Source of the DNA: Vitrella brassicaformis CCMP3155
Taxonomy: Eukaryota > Protista > Chromerida
Reading direction: 5' to 3'
NCBI GenBank assembly: GCA_001179505.1
Contig: CDMY01000200.1
Span: 105,801 to 169,800, forward strand
DNA: 64,000 nucleotides
In this document: positions 50,740-62,476 of the stretch, piece by piece
Layout of the letters: each line of letters opens with the position of its first letter
How positions within the stretch are numbered: position 1 is the stretch's first letter
Notes under the pieces: model-generated
Seen by the model: the letters and a program-made list of their open reading frames with translations, nothing else
What the model was told of the DNA's origin: nothing
Database searches by the model: none
Position numbers and translations under genes: made by a program

Positions 50740-53050
50740 TCATGTCATCCGCAGCAATTTGAATGTCTCCCTGCCGTCCCGCCCCCTCTCGGCCCACCCC
50801 ACCGCCCCCCACTCCACCGCAGCCACATCCTTGCTGAAGCCGTTGTCGATCTCCCCCGCCATCTCCCACTTGGCCGCCTCGTCCAGGATGGCCCGCTGCA
50901 CCACCTCACGCAACTCCATCTTGCGGCCACCCACACCGCCCACCACAAAGCACTGCAGCTGCGGCACACGCACCACATGGCCGCCCACATCGGCCGTCCC
51001 GCCCACCACCTCCCTGTTGCTGTTGATCTGGTACACTGCCGACTTGACGAAGTGCTCCGCTGCCGCACAGACTCGGCGGGCCATGTCGCTGTGCCGCACA
51101 CCGATGGCTTCACCGATGGCCTCCTGGGCGGCATCCATGTCGAAGAGGTATGAGGCGATGCGCCAGCCGAAGATGGGGGCCTCCTGCGGGCCGACGGCCA
51201 GCCGGGGGGTCAGGAGGGCCGCGAGGGAGCGGTGGGGGGCGAGGGCGGCGTTGACGGCGGCCATGACGGCAGTGGGCAGCTCGTTGAGCACTGCAGCGTA
51301 CTCGGTCAGCACCAGCTGGCGCTGACGGCGACGCCCCTCTATGGCCGCAGGAAGCCATAGAAAAGCAGAGCTGGTTGTGGTGATGCTGGTGATGTCGGCC
51401 CCGGTGATGTCGGCCCCCGCCCGCAGCAGCGTGCGGATGGTCATCTTGCGGTTGGCCATCTCGGCGTCGTCCTCATTCTGGGCCTGCAGGCGCTTATCGA
51501 GCTCGTAGGCAGCCCTGGCGAGGGGCGTGTCGCCGCCGTTTTCGGCCCGTCTGTCGATCTGGTCAGCGGGCAGCTTGCGGCAGAGGTAGTCGGCCACGTA
51601 GGGAGAGCCATACTCTGCCGCGTAGTGCATTGGCGTCTCCCCAAAGCCGGCATCGACTGCCGTCATGTCGGCGCCGTTCGCGGTGATGAGGTCCAGGTAG
51701 CTGTCGATGAAGGGCTGGGGATATTGCCCTCGCGTCAACATGGCTGCCGCGTCCACCAGGTTCTCGCCATAGCTTTCTTCGGTGGCGAGGGTGGGGTCTC
51801 GTGTGATGAGTCGCTCATACATCGACAGCAGCACCTGCAGATACTCGGCGGTGGGCTCACGCCGGGGACGGGGCAGCTGCAACACCATGTCTGTGCCGTC
51901 TGCTGCGCGCAGGTCAATGTCGTGACGAGCCACCAGCAGGAACACGTCAAATGCCCTTCGGTTGCCCAGTGCGATCGCCACCCACAAGGGCTTGCTGCAC
52001 TGTGGGTGAGCGTCTGTTGTGTTGATGTCGGCGCCTCCGTCGAGCAGTGCGGTGAGGATCTCCGCCTGCAGCCCATCTGACGACCACTTTGGCAGGGCCA
52101 CGAAAGCGCAAGCACCACTGCCTGCTGCATCGATGGTCATTACGCTGTAGGCCGTCTGGTTGTCAACGGCGAGACAGAGCAGTGAGTGGGCGAACCCATG
52201 ACGCTTGCTGCCCTTCTTCCGCAGCCGAGGCATGACATCTGGGTCGGCGCCGTCCTGCCGGATGAGGGCGGTCACTCGGTGTGGGTCGATGATGGTGCGG
52301 CCGATGACGCCCAATGCCAGCTGCTTTGTGGCCTCGTTGGTGCCGAGGGGGAAGCGCGCCTCGATGTCAGTGGGGCCCACACAGCCGTCAGGGACAGTCA
52401 CGCCAGTGGCCACCACCACATGGTGACCTGCAGTGCACAGCCACCACACGACGGAGGCACACAGTGAGTGTGTGTATAGCATTGTCACATCTGTCTGTCG
52501 TCGTCGGATGAGTCACCCTCCGCCTCACCATCATCACCATCCGCCTCCTGCATGGCATCCCGACACCACAAAGGGGCAAGCACAAACGTGACGGACATCG
52601 AATCGCATTGACTCGTGTTGTGTTCGTGAGTGATTGAATGAGTGCCTCACCGGTTCGCTCTCAGCTGCTGCTGCTCCTGCCTGTGCATTTCGCTCCTCGT
52701 CAGCCATCCCGCCCTGCTGCTGCTGCTGCTGCTGCTGCTCGTCTGACCGCAGACACAGGCGACGCACCGACAGAGAACACATGAGTGTGCTGTGCTGCTG
52801 GTGTGTCGACTGATCTGTGTGGCATGATCTGTCAGTTACTGACCATCGACGCCATTGCGATTGTCGTCCTCTGCTGGTCCGCCGCCGCCATGCCCCTCCT
52901 CGTCTACGTCGCCTGCAGACACAGTGAAACGCACGACCGCATGAAACGCATCATGTGGCGGGATGTATTTGGTTGTGGTGTACCTGCATCGCCATCGGCA
53001 TCGTCCGCCGTGGCAGCAGAGGGCACGCCGATGCCGTAAGACTCAGACAT
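50740..53050 (-). CDS. Ankyrin-repeat family copy E (intact, 5 exons), inverted sister of copy D
   Basis: ATG 53050 (MSESYGIGVPSAATADDADGDA), main exon in ORF 50740..52488. The upstream ~500 bp is homologous to that of D. Confidence 0.88.
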
Positions 53051-53737
53051 CACTCAAACACGCACCTATTAACCGCTGCATCCACCACACAAAGAGAAAA
53101 CCATGAAATGGGCTTATGCCCCCCTGGAAGCTTTGTGTCTGTGCCTGCCCACCTATCGTGTGTCGAATTATGGACGCAGACGAGCAAACTGCCAATCGGT
53201 CCGTGCCGCCGATAAGGCAGACCTGCGCAACACAAGTATACCGACACACAGAGGCAGCGAATCACATGGTGTCTCGTGATGAGTCAATTCGGATCCCCAC
53301 TCACCGTCGGACGCCGCTAGGCAATGCTAACACGGTGATCCGAGCCAGGCAGCAGGAGGCCGCATCCACTCCGCTGCTGTTGCCGGACCAGCGGAGAGAA
53401 TGTGACTCACGAGGGGATGGGTAGGAATCCGATGAATCAAGGACGGCGGCTGCACGATGAGCAATGAGTGGGTGCTCCACCTGAATAAGGCGGAGCATTT
53501 CTCCATTCCCGTCATTCGTGAGAGCTTTGAAGATAGGGTTTGACAAGATCGCGTGCGCGGCCGGTGAGAAAGCTCGCGTATGGTTTCACGGAAGGGGGTA
53601 GGGGCGATTCATTGCGTCACACAAAAGAGGGCGATTCATTGGGTCTCTCATCCTGTGTTGTCGTCGGTTCTTCTTGTTGTGTTCAGATCAAGTGAGATCT
53701 TTGACCTGTTCGTTGAGTTCCATTTGCTGTTGTGGTG

Positions 53738-55818
53738 ATGGAGAGTGCTGGTGAGAAGCGCGACGTCATGGAGGCGATGGGAGAGGCAGTAGACCCTGAG
53801 CCTGAGGCTGGTACGCACGTGAAGGGGATGAGTGATCATTGTGTGCTGACATGTGCTCGCCGTGTGTCGCTGTGTGCAGTTGGAACTGGTGCTGCGTCTT
53901 CGAGCAACGCTGACGTGTCGGAGGAGCGTAAGAAGCTGGAGGCGGGGTTGGTGGACGCTCTGAGTGAGGGTGATTGGCGACGCGTACGCAAGGGTGGAGG
54001 GTGGCGAGTTCGTGTGTGTCGTGATGTGTGAGTGTGTGTGTGTAGGTGTCGGAGTTGGCTCATGAGCTGCTCGGTCACGGCAGTGAGAGCAAAGAAGTGA
54101 AGAGAAAGAAGGTAACGAAGCGGTTTGTCTGCCTGCTTTTGTATTTGTGGTTTGTGTCGTGTAGGATGTCGAGAAGGGGAGCGATGACGACACAGACAAA
54201 GAGGGGCTGCGGAAGCGATCAAAGCGACGCAAGAAGGTATGTTAGATGGGAAGACTTTCGTGGGCTTCGGTTGTGTGTGTGTGATGTGTTGGTGCTATTG
54301 CGTGCTGTAGTGTGTCGCGTCATCCGCGTCTGAGGAAGAGGGGTCAGCGTCAGAGGCGGCTGAGAGCGATGCGGACGACAGCGACCCGTTTCGTGGCATC
54401 AGCCTCAAGCCCAAACGCAGCAGGGCACGTCGCATGCGCCGCAAGTCGAGCACGCGTGCTCGGTCGTCTCGCGACTTGTCCGACAGCGAAGAAGAATCCG
54501 TAAGTGCGGGATGAAATGGGAGTGGACAGATGTGTTGATGGCTGTGCTTGTTCCTCTTGCAGGAGTCGTCGAATAAATTGTTCGATGATGAGGCGATTGA
54601 GTGCGAGGTGGGAAGCCACAGAAACATGGGTGTACGCATAGTGGGTGTGTTTGATGGGTCGTGTGTGTGTGTGTGTGTGTGTGTTGCGCCTCCGAGAAAT
54701 GTGTGAAGGTGATTCTGCGTAAGCGAGAGCGTCTGGCCAGCGGCCGAGTGGCCTTCGATCCTCCGAAGAAGCTCGAGACGAACTGGGCGGACGCCGAGTG
54801 CTCTAGCTGCAAAGCGGGGGAGCTCAGCAAGCCGGGGCACTCAGGTAACACGGACAGTCAGGTTCACATGCTTGTGTCATCATAACGTGATCTGGCGGCG
54901 TGTGTCATGCACTCACTGATACAGATATGCGTTGCCCAGTGAAAAACTTCGAGGAGCAGTTGACTTTCGAGGCGCTGCAGGAGCGCACGTCCAAAAAGCC
55001 TGACCAATACGGAGCTCACGCTTGTGACTAGGTCATCCAGCCATTGGTGAGTGAATGAAGCACCATGGCCTGGCGTGTCTCACTTCTGTGTGGATGTTGA
55101 CTGATCTGGTCAGAACACGAAGGCGGACGTTGAGAGGTGGAAGGCGGATATGATGAAGTGCGTCAAGCTGATCCCACAGGTACAGAGCGCTCGCCTGTCC
55201 TGTTCGCTCGAGGGGGATAAGGGAAATAAGCTAGTCGTGCGGCAGGAAAAAAAGGTCTACACACAACACCACACACAACAACACACATGCATGCAGCGCC
55301 ACTTACAGGTCATCAAAGGTGGACCTTTTCGTTTTACAGTCGTTTCTCCAGAAGAAAAACTACAGACGCAGGAGGGTGAGTGGGGAGGGAGACTGGGTAG
55401 ATTTGTATGTGATATGTGATCTGTGTGTGCTCTCTGTGTGCTCTCTCTCTCTGTGGCTATAGATATTCGGGGAGATGGATGTCCTGGAGGTGTTGCGTTT
55501 GCACCCCGCTCGGTGCTTCAAGTGCAGAGCGTGGATGAAGGGGTTTCCAGCAAAGGTGAGCAGAAATGCATTTTCTATCGATGATCGATGTGTATCTTTG
55601 TCATGTGCGCTTGTGTGAATGTGCAGTATAAAGTCACCGACTCGCGCAAGGTCGAGAGCCACCTGGGATATGCAGGCATGCAGTGCGGTAACACCTCGTC
55701 GCAGCCGGGCGGCAAGTGCACGAACGAGAGATTCAAGGTTGAGACCAACTTGTCGGTCATCTGGACCGATGACTATTTGCTCGCCGTGTTGGCTTTCTAT
55801 GGAGTTCTGCCTTTCTGA
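53738..55818 (+). pseudogene. 12-exon hypothetical gene (charged/NLS-rich N-half, Cys-containing C-half) with one in-frame TAG; convergent with the Helitron
   Basis: All exons join in phase from MESAGEKRD… to …LAFYGVLPF*. TAG 55029-55031 interrupts exon 8 (AHACD*VIQPL), and one acceptor is GAG rather than YAG. Confidence 0.62.
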
Positions 55819-55929
55819 ACACCTGTGTTTGTTGTGAATGAATGTTTGTTGATCAACTGACGTGTGTGCACACACGCATGTGTGTCGACTTTGCTGGTTG
55901 CTCTGCGGTTGGCCGTGGTGTGTGCACGT

Positions 55930-56562
55930 GCGGTTGCTTGCGCGTGTCGATGAGTGGTCTGCACCTGTTCTATAGCATCTTTTTCGATGACCGCTCATCG
56001 GCATTTGGTCTCGTGTGTGCGTGGCTGCTTGGATGAGTGGCCTGTACCTGTTCTTTGGCGTCTTTTTCTATGGCCGCTCGTCGGCACTTGGTCTTGTGTG
56101 TGCGTGGCTGTTGGATGAGTGGTCTGCACCTGTTGTCTGGCGTCATTTTTCGATAACCATTCATCGGCATTTGTTCGTGTGTGCGTGGCTGCTTGGATGA
56201 GTGGTCTGCACTTGTTATCTGGCGTCTTTTTTAATGATCGCTCGTCGGCATTTGGTCTTGTGTGTGCGTGGCTGTTGGATGAGTGGTCTGCACCTTTTGT
56301 CTGGCGTCTTTTTCGATAACCGTTCATCGGCATTTGTTCGTGTGTGCGTGGCTGCTTGGATGAGTGGCCTGCACCTGTTCTCTGGCGTCTTTTTCTATGA
56401 CCGCTCGTCGGCATTTGGTCTTGTGTGTGCGTGGCTGTTGGATGAGTGGTCTGCAGCTGTTGTCTGGCGTCTTTTTCGATAACCGTTCATCGGCATTTGT
56501 TCGTGTGTGCGTGGCTGCTTGGATGAGTGGCCTGCACCTATTCTCTGGCGTCTTTTTCGATC
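55930..56562. repeat. Minisatellite with alternating A (83 bp) and B (80-81 bp) monomers
   Basis: Units start at 56013(A), 56096(B), 56177(A), 56260(B), 56340(A), 56423(B) and 56503(A, partial), with a degenerate unit from ~55930. All begin GTGTGTGCGTGGCTG(C)TTGGATGAGTGG. Confidence 0.95.
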
Positions 56563-57069
56563 CTTGGCTGTCTTTTTTGATGAGGGTCGGTGTACATACC
56601 TGCATGTATTCCATGTGGGAGGGCGGGAGGGACAGCCACAGACAGCGAAGGAGTGGAGGAGGGGGAGGTGAGTTGTCACATGTGAATCGTCACATCCATC
56701 TAGCGTTACACACATGGAATGGACACATGGACAGAGACATTGAGCAGACACTGAAACATAGCAGACACTCAAACATGTCAACCAAATGATCAATCGGGCC
56801 GATCAGTTCTATCCATCATTATCCATGCATCCATCTAGCAAAGGGGAGCATCCGTCTACTCTCACAGGTGTTTTGATGAGTCCATTCATCCGCGGATTTC
56901 TTGCGATTGGAAGGCGTGGCGCGCGGCACCGGCTTCTTCCGTGTTGTATGCGTGCAGGCACACATTGTGCAATGCTATTTAGTGATTTTTGTTTCGGACG
57001 GACGAACAAATGCATGAACGGATGTAAAAATGTCACAATACAAAAATGTCACACGTCAGGCGAGTTCGT

Positions 57070-58030
57070 TCATTCAAGTAATTTGCGATAGACAATATTG
57101 CGACAGATCGGCGGGCCGTCACAGATACGCTCAGGCGACGTGAGCAAGAGCATATCGCACCCGTAACGCACACGAGTGAGGGCCGTGTAGAGGTGGCCAT
57201 GCTGGAAGAAGTGGTGACGAATCTCGATCACGATCTTTTCCAGTGTTTGTCCTTGACTCTTGTGGACCGTCTCAGCGTATGCCGGCTTGACCTGCACACA
57301 TTAAGAGACGCGTATGCAGCTTGCGTGTCTGTCTGTCTGTCTCTCTGTCTCTCTCTCTCTCTCTCTGTCTGTGTGTGTCTATGCATGTCTAACCGGATAT
57401 TGACAGCGGTTAAACTTCAGGCCACGCACGTTGCGTGGCTGGATAGTGAAGTTGATGCGTGGTAGCACGAATGTCTGCCATGGTGAGGCGCCCCCATTCA
57501 CCTTCTTGACCTCGATCATCCCCTCGCCGCGGGGCCCTTTATAGATCACCTTCTCGTTGTTGTACAACTCGTAGCGGCGTGACATGTTCCGCAGCACCAG
57601 ACATACCACGCCCGGCTTGAGCTGCAGCTTGTGTGGGGGCTTTGGCGACTCTTCTTGTGCGGCAAGGAACTCCTCGTCGTGGTGACCGGCCTGCTGGTCG
57701 TTCTGCAGGAATCTCTCAAAGGCCGTGTGGGTGTACTCCTTGCCGTTCATGCGTTGAATGATGGTGTCATTCAGCGCGTCCACCGCCTTGTTGACTGGAC
57801 AGAGGATGGCGCGTGTGGCACACGCTTCTGGGTCGCGGTTGTAGAGCTCGTCGGGGAAAGCGAATTCGATGGCGTCTTGCTCGCTGAAGGTGTGTTGGTG
57901 GTTGAGCTTGATCCAATGGGTCTCGTCACCGCGGCGAAGAGAAGGGTCGCTCTGAGGGTCGATGCAAAAAGTGGGCACCTCGCAAGGCACATCCACAGAC
58001 TGGTATGTGAGCATACGCAGCGAACACACA

Positions 58031-58062
<32 letters not shown>

Positions 58063-61000
58063 AGAGCGACACCACACACACAGACAGGAGCTGGTCCACA
58101 GGGGTTCTACTGCCACCTCTACTCATTTGTCTTAGCTCTTGTTGTCGCTGTGCTTGTTGCACGCATCGAGACGCCTGTCTTTTGGGCTCGACGCGTCGCA
58201 ACATTTGTGCGTAGGGGCAGTGAACACTCGAACCACTGAGACACTCACTGCACAGGGCACTCACCCTCTCTTGGCAGTGAACGTACCTTCAAACACATGT
58301 CTGTATAGGCAGCATCGTTTGCTGAACGCTGCACGCGCTTGAGCTCTCGCCGATTGAGTTGACCGTAGAGGTCCGAGCCGCGAAGGGAGGCCTTCAGTGT
58401 TGTTGTTTCATTCGATTCCTCGCTGCGTGGAAGGACGGGGGGCAGCTGGCGAAAGTCACCCGCAAAGATGAAGACCTTGCCGCCGAAGGGCAGCTTGCTT
58501 TTCATGACGTCTTGCAGCATGAGGTCAACAGCTTCAATACACTTGCGGTGCGCCATGCTGAACCAAAGACGCACGTTGCAGTCTATGTGTGTGTGTGTCT
58601 CTGTGTGTATGGCACCTGATCTCATCCCACACGATGACCTTCGCTTTTCGCAGCAGGTCCGCTTTGGGCGAGTTAACGCTCATGGTGCATCGAACCTCCT
58701 CGCGAGTGATGTTATCGACGACGGGGATCTTGTGGAGGCCGTGTGCAGTGTGGCCGCCGATATAGTTGAGTGCAGCGAGTGCTGTTGTTGCGGTTGCCAG
58801 AGCGATGTCGCCGCGGCTGCGCACCGCAGAGAGCACGCATCGCAGTAGCGTGGTCTTGCCAGCACCACCTAAACGATACGCATGCGGACTTGTGTCATTT
58901 GTTCACACCAGTGGTTGTGTGAGTCGATGTGTACCGGGAGCTTTGATGAGACCCGCGAACGGAACAGGGTCGCCACCCCCTCTCGGATAGATGTGCTGCA
59001 TGATGTCGTCAAACAGGTCGCTCTGCTCCCTGACGTTCTTGACCATGTTGTACAGCTCCTCGTAGTAGCGCTTGATGGCAGTTCGACTGCCGTAGGCTCT
59101 GCGCTCGCTCTGCTCCTCGGCAGTGAGGTTCTCGGGCTCTGGCAGACCACAGTCGGTGTTCGACTTGCCGTTCTCCTGCAGGTCCTCAGAAATCTCCCGC
59201 AATAGACGCTCGCGCGCTGCCTCAGGATCGTCGACTTCCTCGTAGTCGTCCACCATGAATGGCAGGTACTGATTGAAGATGCTCTTCGCTGAGCACTCGT
59301 GGTTGAGGATCAGGATCATGAACAGAAACCGCAGCTGGTATGGAAAGACGGCCTGCTCCTCCACAGCCTCTCGCATCACGTTCTCCACATATGTGTGTCC
59401 CTCCAGCAGCCCCGCCGCCTTTGCTGCCTCGCCGTACGTGTCGTATGTGACGTCGTTGATCGTTCGAATGCTCTGCAACCAAGCAAAACAATGCTCATGT
59501 GTCATGTACTGGTGTCCGAGCTTGAGTGTGTGTATGCGTGTCTCACCTCAAATGTGTGTCGCGCGACGGAGCTCTTCAGCAGCAATCGCAGGTAGTACCT
59601 CTCGCCCTGGCTCGGATAGGAGCTGCCCAGCCGCGTGCAGTGGCGCTGCCATCCCTCTCGCTGGTAGAAGGTGTGGCCCGTCAGCGTTTGGAACTTCTCC
59701 AGCTTCGCAGGGACTGTTTGGGTGCCGCGCTTCATGGCGAAGCGCTGGAAGAACTGCTGGTAGGTCAGCTTAGTGAGGTCCATCTCTTCACCCTTGATAG
59801 AAACCGAGGACGGTCGCTGCAGCCAGTGCTCGATGAGGCTGGGGCCGGGAGGGAAGATCTTGCCCCGCTCGTCCTTGCCGTGCACTCTCTGCACTGCTGC
59901 CCGATGAGATGGAAGGTCGACAGTAGGGCTGTCACGGACGGCTCGGCTCGGTCCAGTGGATTTGATGGCCGCAGATGCGGTGGCACGCCTCGCTTGCACA
60001 CAGCACCCGGCCCTGCTGGTAGTCACGCACCTCGTCTCGTCCTGGTTGCTTGGTGGGCTCTTGAGTGTGGGTGCTTGTGAGAAGGCTCGCCATGCGTCTT
60101 GCGGTATGCCGCTGTCGCTGTCGCTTCGCTGAAGGTTGCTCGTCGTCGGGTGGCGAGTCGCCGTCGTCCGCTCCCCGCTTGCGCTTCCTGTCGGCTTCTT
60201 GATGCACACTGACGCGAAAGGCGCTCTTCTCGGGCTTGTACATGTACTTGTATCTGCGGCGCAGCGAGGAGCCAAACACAACCACATTTGTGCGTGGGCG
60301 ATTTCTTGCTGCTTCATCCATTTTCCTTTTGGCTGCTTACAGGTAAGCGATGACGTTGGTCGATGCAGCACAGTCCACATAGAGGTGACAATTGAACTCT
60401 GCCAGCAGCTGCGGGCAGTAGGGTGCCACCCAACGGTCTTCCTCTTGTCTGCGGCGATAGATGCAGTGGCCGCGGGCGTCGAACTGCGTCTCGGCGCTGA
60501 GCGGCTGTGGGAACCCATACTTGCAACGCTCCACAACGGGCTCGTGAGCCCTCAAGCAGCGGTGATACTCCTTCAGGCTGTCCTCGTCTCGGCACCGAGC
60601 GCTGCACTTGTGGATCATGAACGTCTCCACGAGCTTGCGGAGCCGTCGATTGTGTCTGGGGACCTCCGCACACACGAACAGGTCGACGTCTGGTCCGGTC
60701 AGTGGGTGACGATCATGGCGAACGGTGATGTGGGCGTGGCTAAGACCGCGCTTCTGGTACTCGATGACGGACATCAGGTACACCGACTTGCCCAATGGGC
60801 CATTGCGTAGGCGTTTGAGCAGGGCACGTAGCTTCAGATGGAACACACGGCTGGTCAGGTCAGGGCGGTCGTACGCGTTCTGCCCTGCAAACACGAGCGA
60901 AAGCACAGCCACCCAGAACGCACAACGACATGCTAGACTGCTGTGCTGCTCGGCTCGTTGACTGTGTTTCTCACCTTGCTCCAGATTTTCATGAATTTCT

Positions 61001-62476
61001 TTCCAGCTTCCATTGCAGGTAATTGTGATGAACCATGAGGGCTTGCCATACTGCGCCACGATAGCAAACGCGTCTTGACACAGCTTTTTGTAGTAGCGCT
61101 CTGACCCGAGGAAACTGCTTGGAAGCAGAACAAAGCCAGCCTTGGCGTGATCCTCCATGTCCTCATTCTCCGCGAGAAGCTGCTGGTACTCGGGGTCTTC
61201 CTCTCGCTGTAGCTCACTCAGCTTAAGCAGGCGAAGCTGGTTGTTGCGGATGAAGTTGAGTCGCTCGTCTTCGATACGCGAGAACATATCGAGCGTGTAC
61301 CCCTGCCCAAGCCGAGGCATGGTGTGCAGCAGCGGCTCCTTGAGTAGCCGCTGGCGCATGTACTTTAGCTGTGTCCAGAATCGCTCGCAACGTCTCGCGG
61401 TGCCCTCTAAGACGTCTGGCTCGTGCCACGCGCGAGTGTAGAACCGCCGATCGATCATGTTCTTGATGTAAGTGCTCTCAGCAAACAGATGGAAGTTGCC
61501 CCTGCCACACACACAACAACACACATACATGCAGCGCCACTTACAGCGAATGCCCTGTCAGCGACACGCACCTGGATTCGATGGGCATGGACGGATACCA
61601 GCCAGGCGTCCCTTGAGCAAAGAGCAGGGGATACTGCAACGGCTCGTAGACCGGCGATAGCACGTCCACGAACTCTGTCGACTCGCCTCTACGTGTCGAC
61701 TTCTTGAGCGAGATGCACACCTTGCGCTGCTGTGGAAGATAGGCGGAGCTCGAACACGGCAGGACCAAGCACACGTCGTCGGCCTCTTCTTTGAACTTGA
61801 ACTCGAGAATTATGTCCTTTCTCCCGTGTTCGACCAGCCGCCCGAAGGCGCGCAAGTCACGGACGAAGGGGTTGTTTTCGCGAAGGATTTCCTGACCAAC
61901 AAATAGATACAGCCATGAATGCCGCAGTTCCTTATGCTATTCGGTGTGTCGTTTGCTTACTTTCAGCTCTGTAACGAGGTACTCGTAAGCTTGCCGTTCC
62001 CTGTCGTGCGCTGCTGCGCTGCCCGTCTCCTTGCACATCTGGTCGACGCGCTTTTTGAGCTCCGTCTCAGCTGCCTTGTTGTCAAACATCAGCCACACAA
62101 TCGGGTTGTCCTCTGCAGAGATGATGCGATGGTACACACGACCATGAATCCTCACGTTGCCCCAGTCTTGTGGAAGGGATGCGGCGAGGTCTGAACTGGT
62201 ATCGTAGCCGATAGCTGTCATGGCAAAGGTGTTGTTGAGATAAAGCGACTTTGCACGCAGCTCCTTGCCGTAGCGTGACGCAAGCAGGCTACGCAGCTCA
62301 TCAGGCACGGAAAGGTTGTCCAGCACTGTCTTGCCCTGCTGGCAGCAAAACGATCCACCTTCGCCCTCCCACACGAGAGCGTCGCAGTAGTCACAGGCGG
62401 TGCGCTTCGGCAACACGTGCTCGTCAGGCAGTTCGACGGTCGGGTCCAGCAAGGGTTGGTCACACGCACCGCTCTC
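57070..62476 (-). pseudogene. Helitron Rep/Helicase coding region, intron-rich, with a net +1 frameshift at ~59930-59950
   Basis: Exons splice in phase except at IHWTEPSRP* (TGA 59932-59934). The downstream frame (…TVDLPSHRAAVQRVHG…GERYYLRLLL) is offset, and a GAGCC duplication is visible there. Confidence 0.85.

Noticed and set aside
53024-53026. Apparent loss of the start codon in ankyrin copy E (GTG where D has ATG)
   Set aside because: An in-frame ATG 24 nt upstream (53050, M-S-E) is conserved in all five copies and is the likelier start.
979-53050. Ankyrin copies as autonomous transposons
   Set aside because: There is no transposase or RT, no terminal inverted repeats or target-site duplications were seen, and introns are retained. 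Segmental duplication and conversion explain the pattern. Passive capture by a Helitron cannot be excluded.
30506-55031. UAG recoding or readthrough suggested by three in-frame TAGs (30506, 31969, 55029)
   Set aside because: KIN17, Tic110, ZIP, AlkB-like and OGFr all terminate at TAG. The internal TAGs are one transition from TGG or CAG and sit in accessory genes, so pseudogenisation is simpler.
55027-55073. ACTAG plus imperfect hairpin (55037-55049 / 55061-55073) as the Helitron 3' end
   Set aside because: The stem is imperfect and overlaps a splice donor, and the 12-exon gene continues in phase on both sides. This is not a convincing terminus.
55930-56562. Regularly spaced repeats resembling a CRISPR array
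   Set aside because: The whole 80-83 bp unit is repeated with no unique spacers, no cas genes are present, and the context is eukaryotic.
55970-56614. Repetitive ORFs such as MPMNGYRKRRQ… over the minisatellite
   Set aside because: The frames shift between units (83 and 80 bp are not multiples of 3), so no coding constraint is evident.
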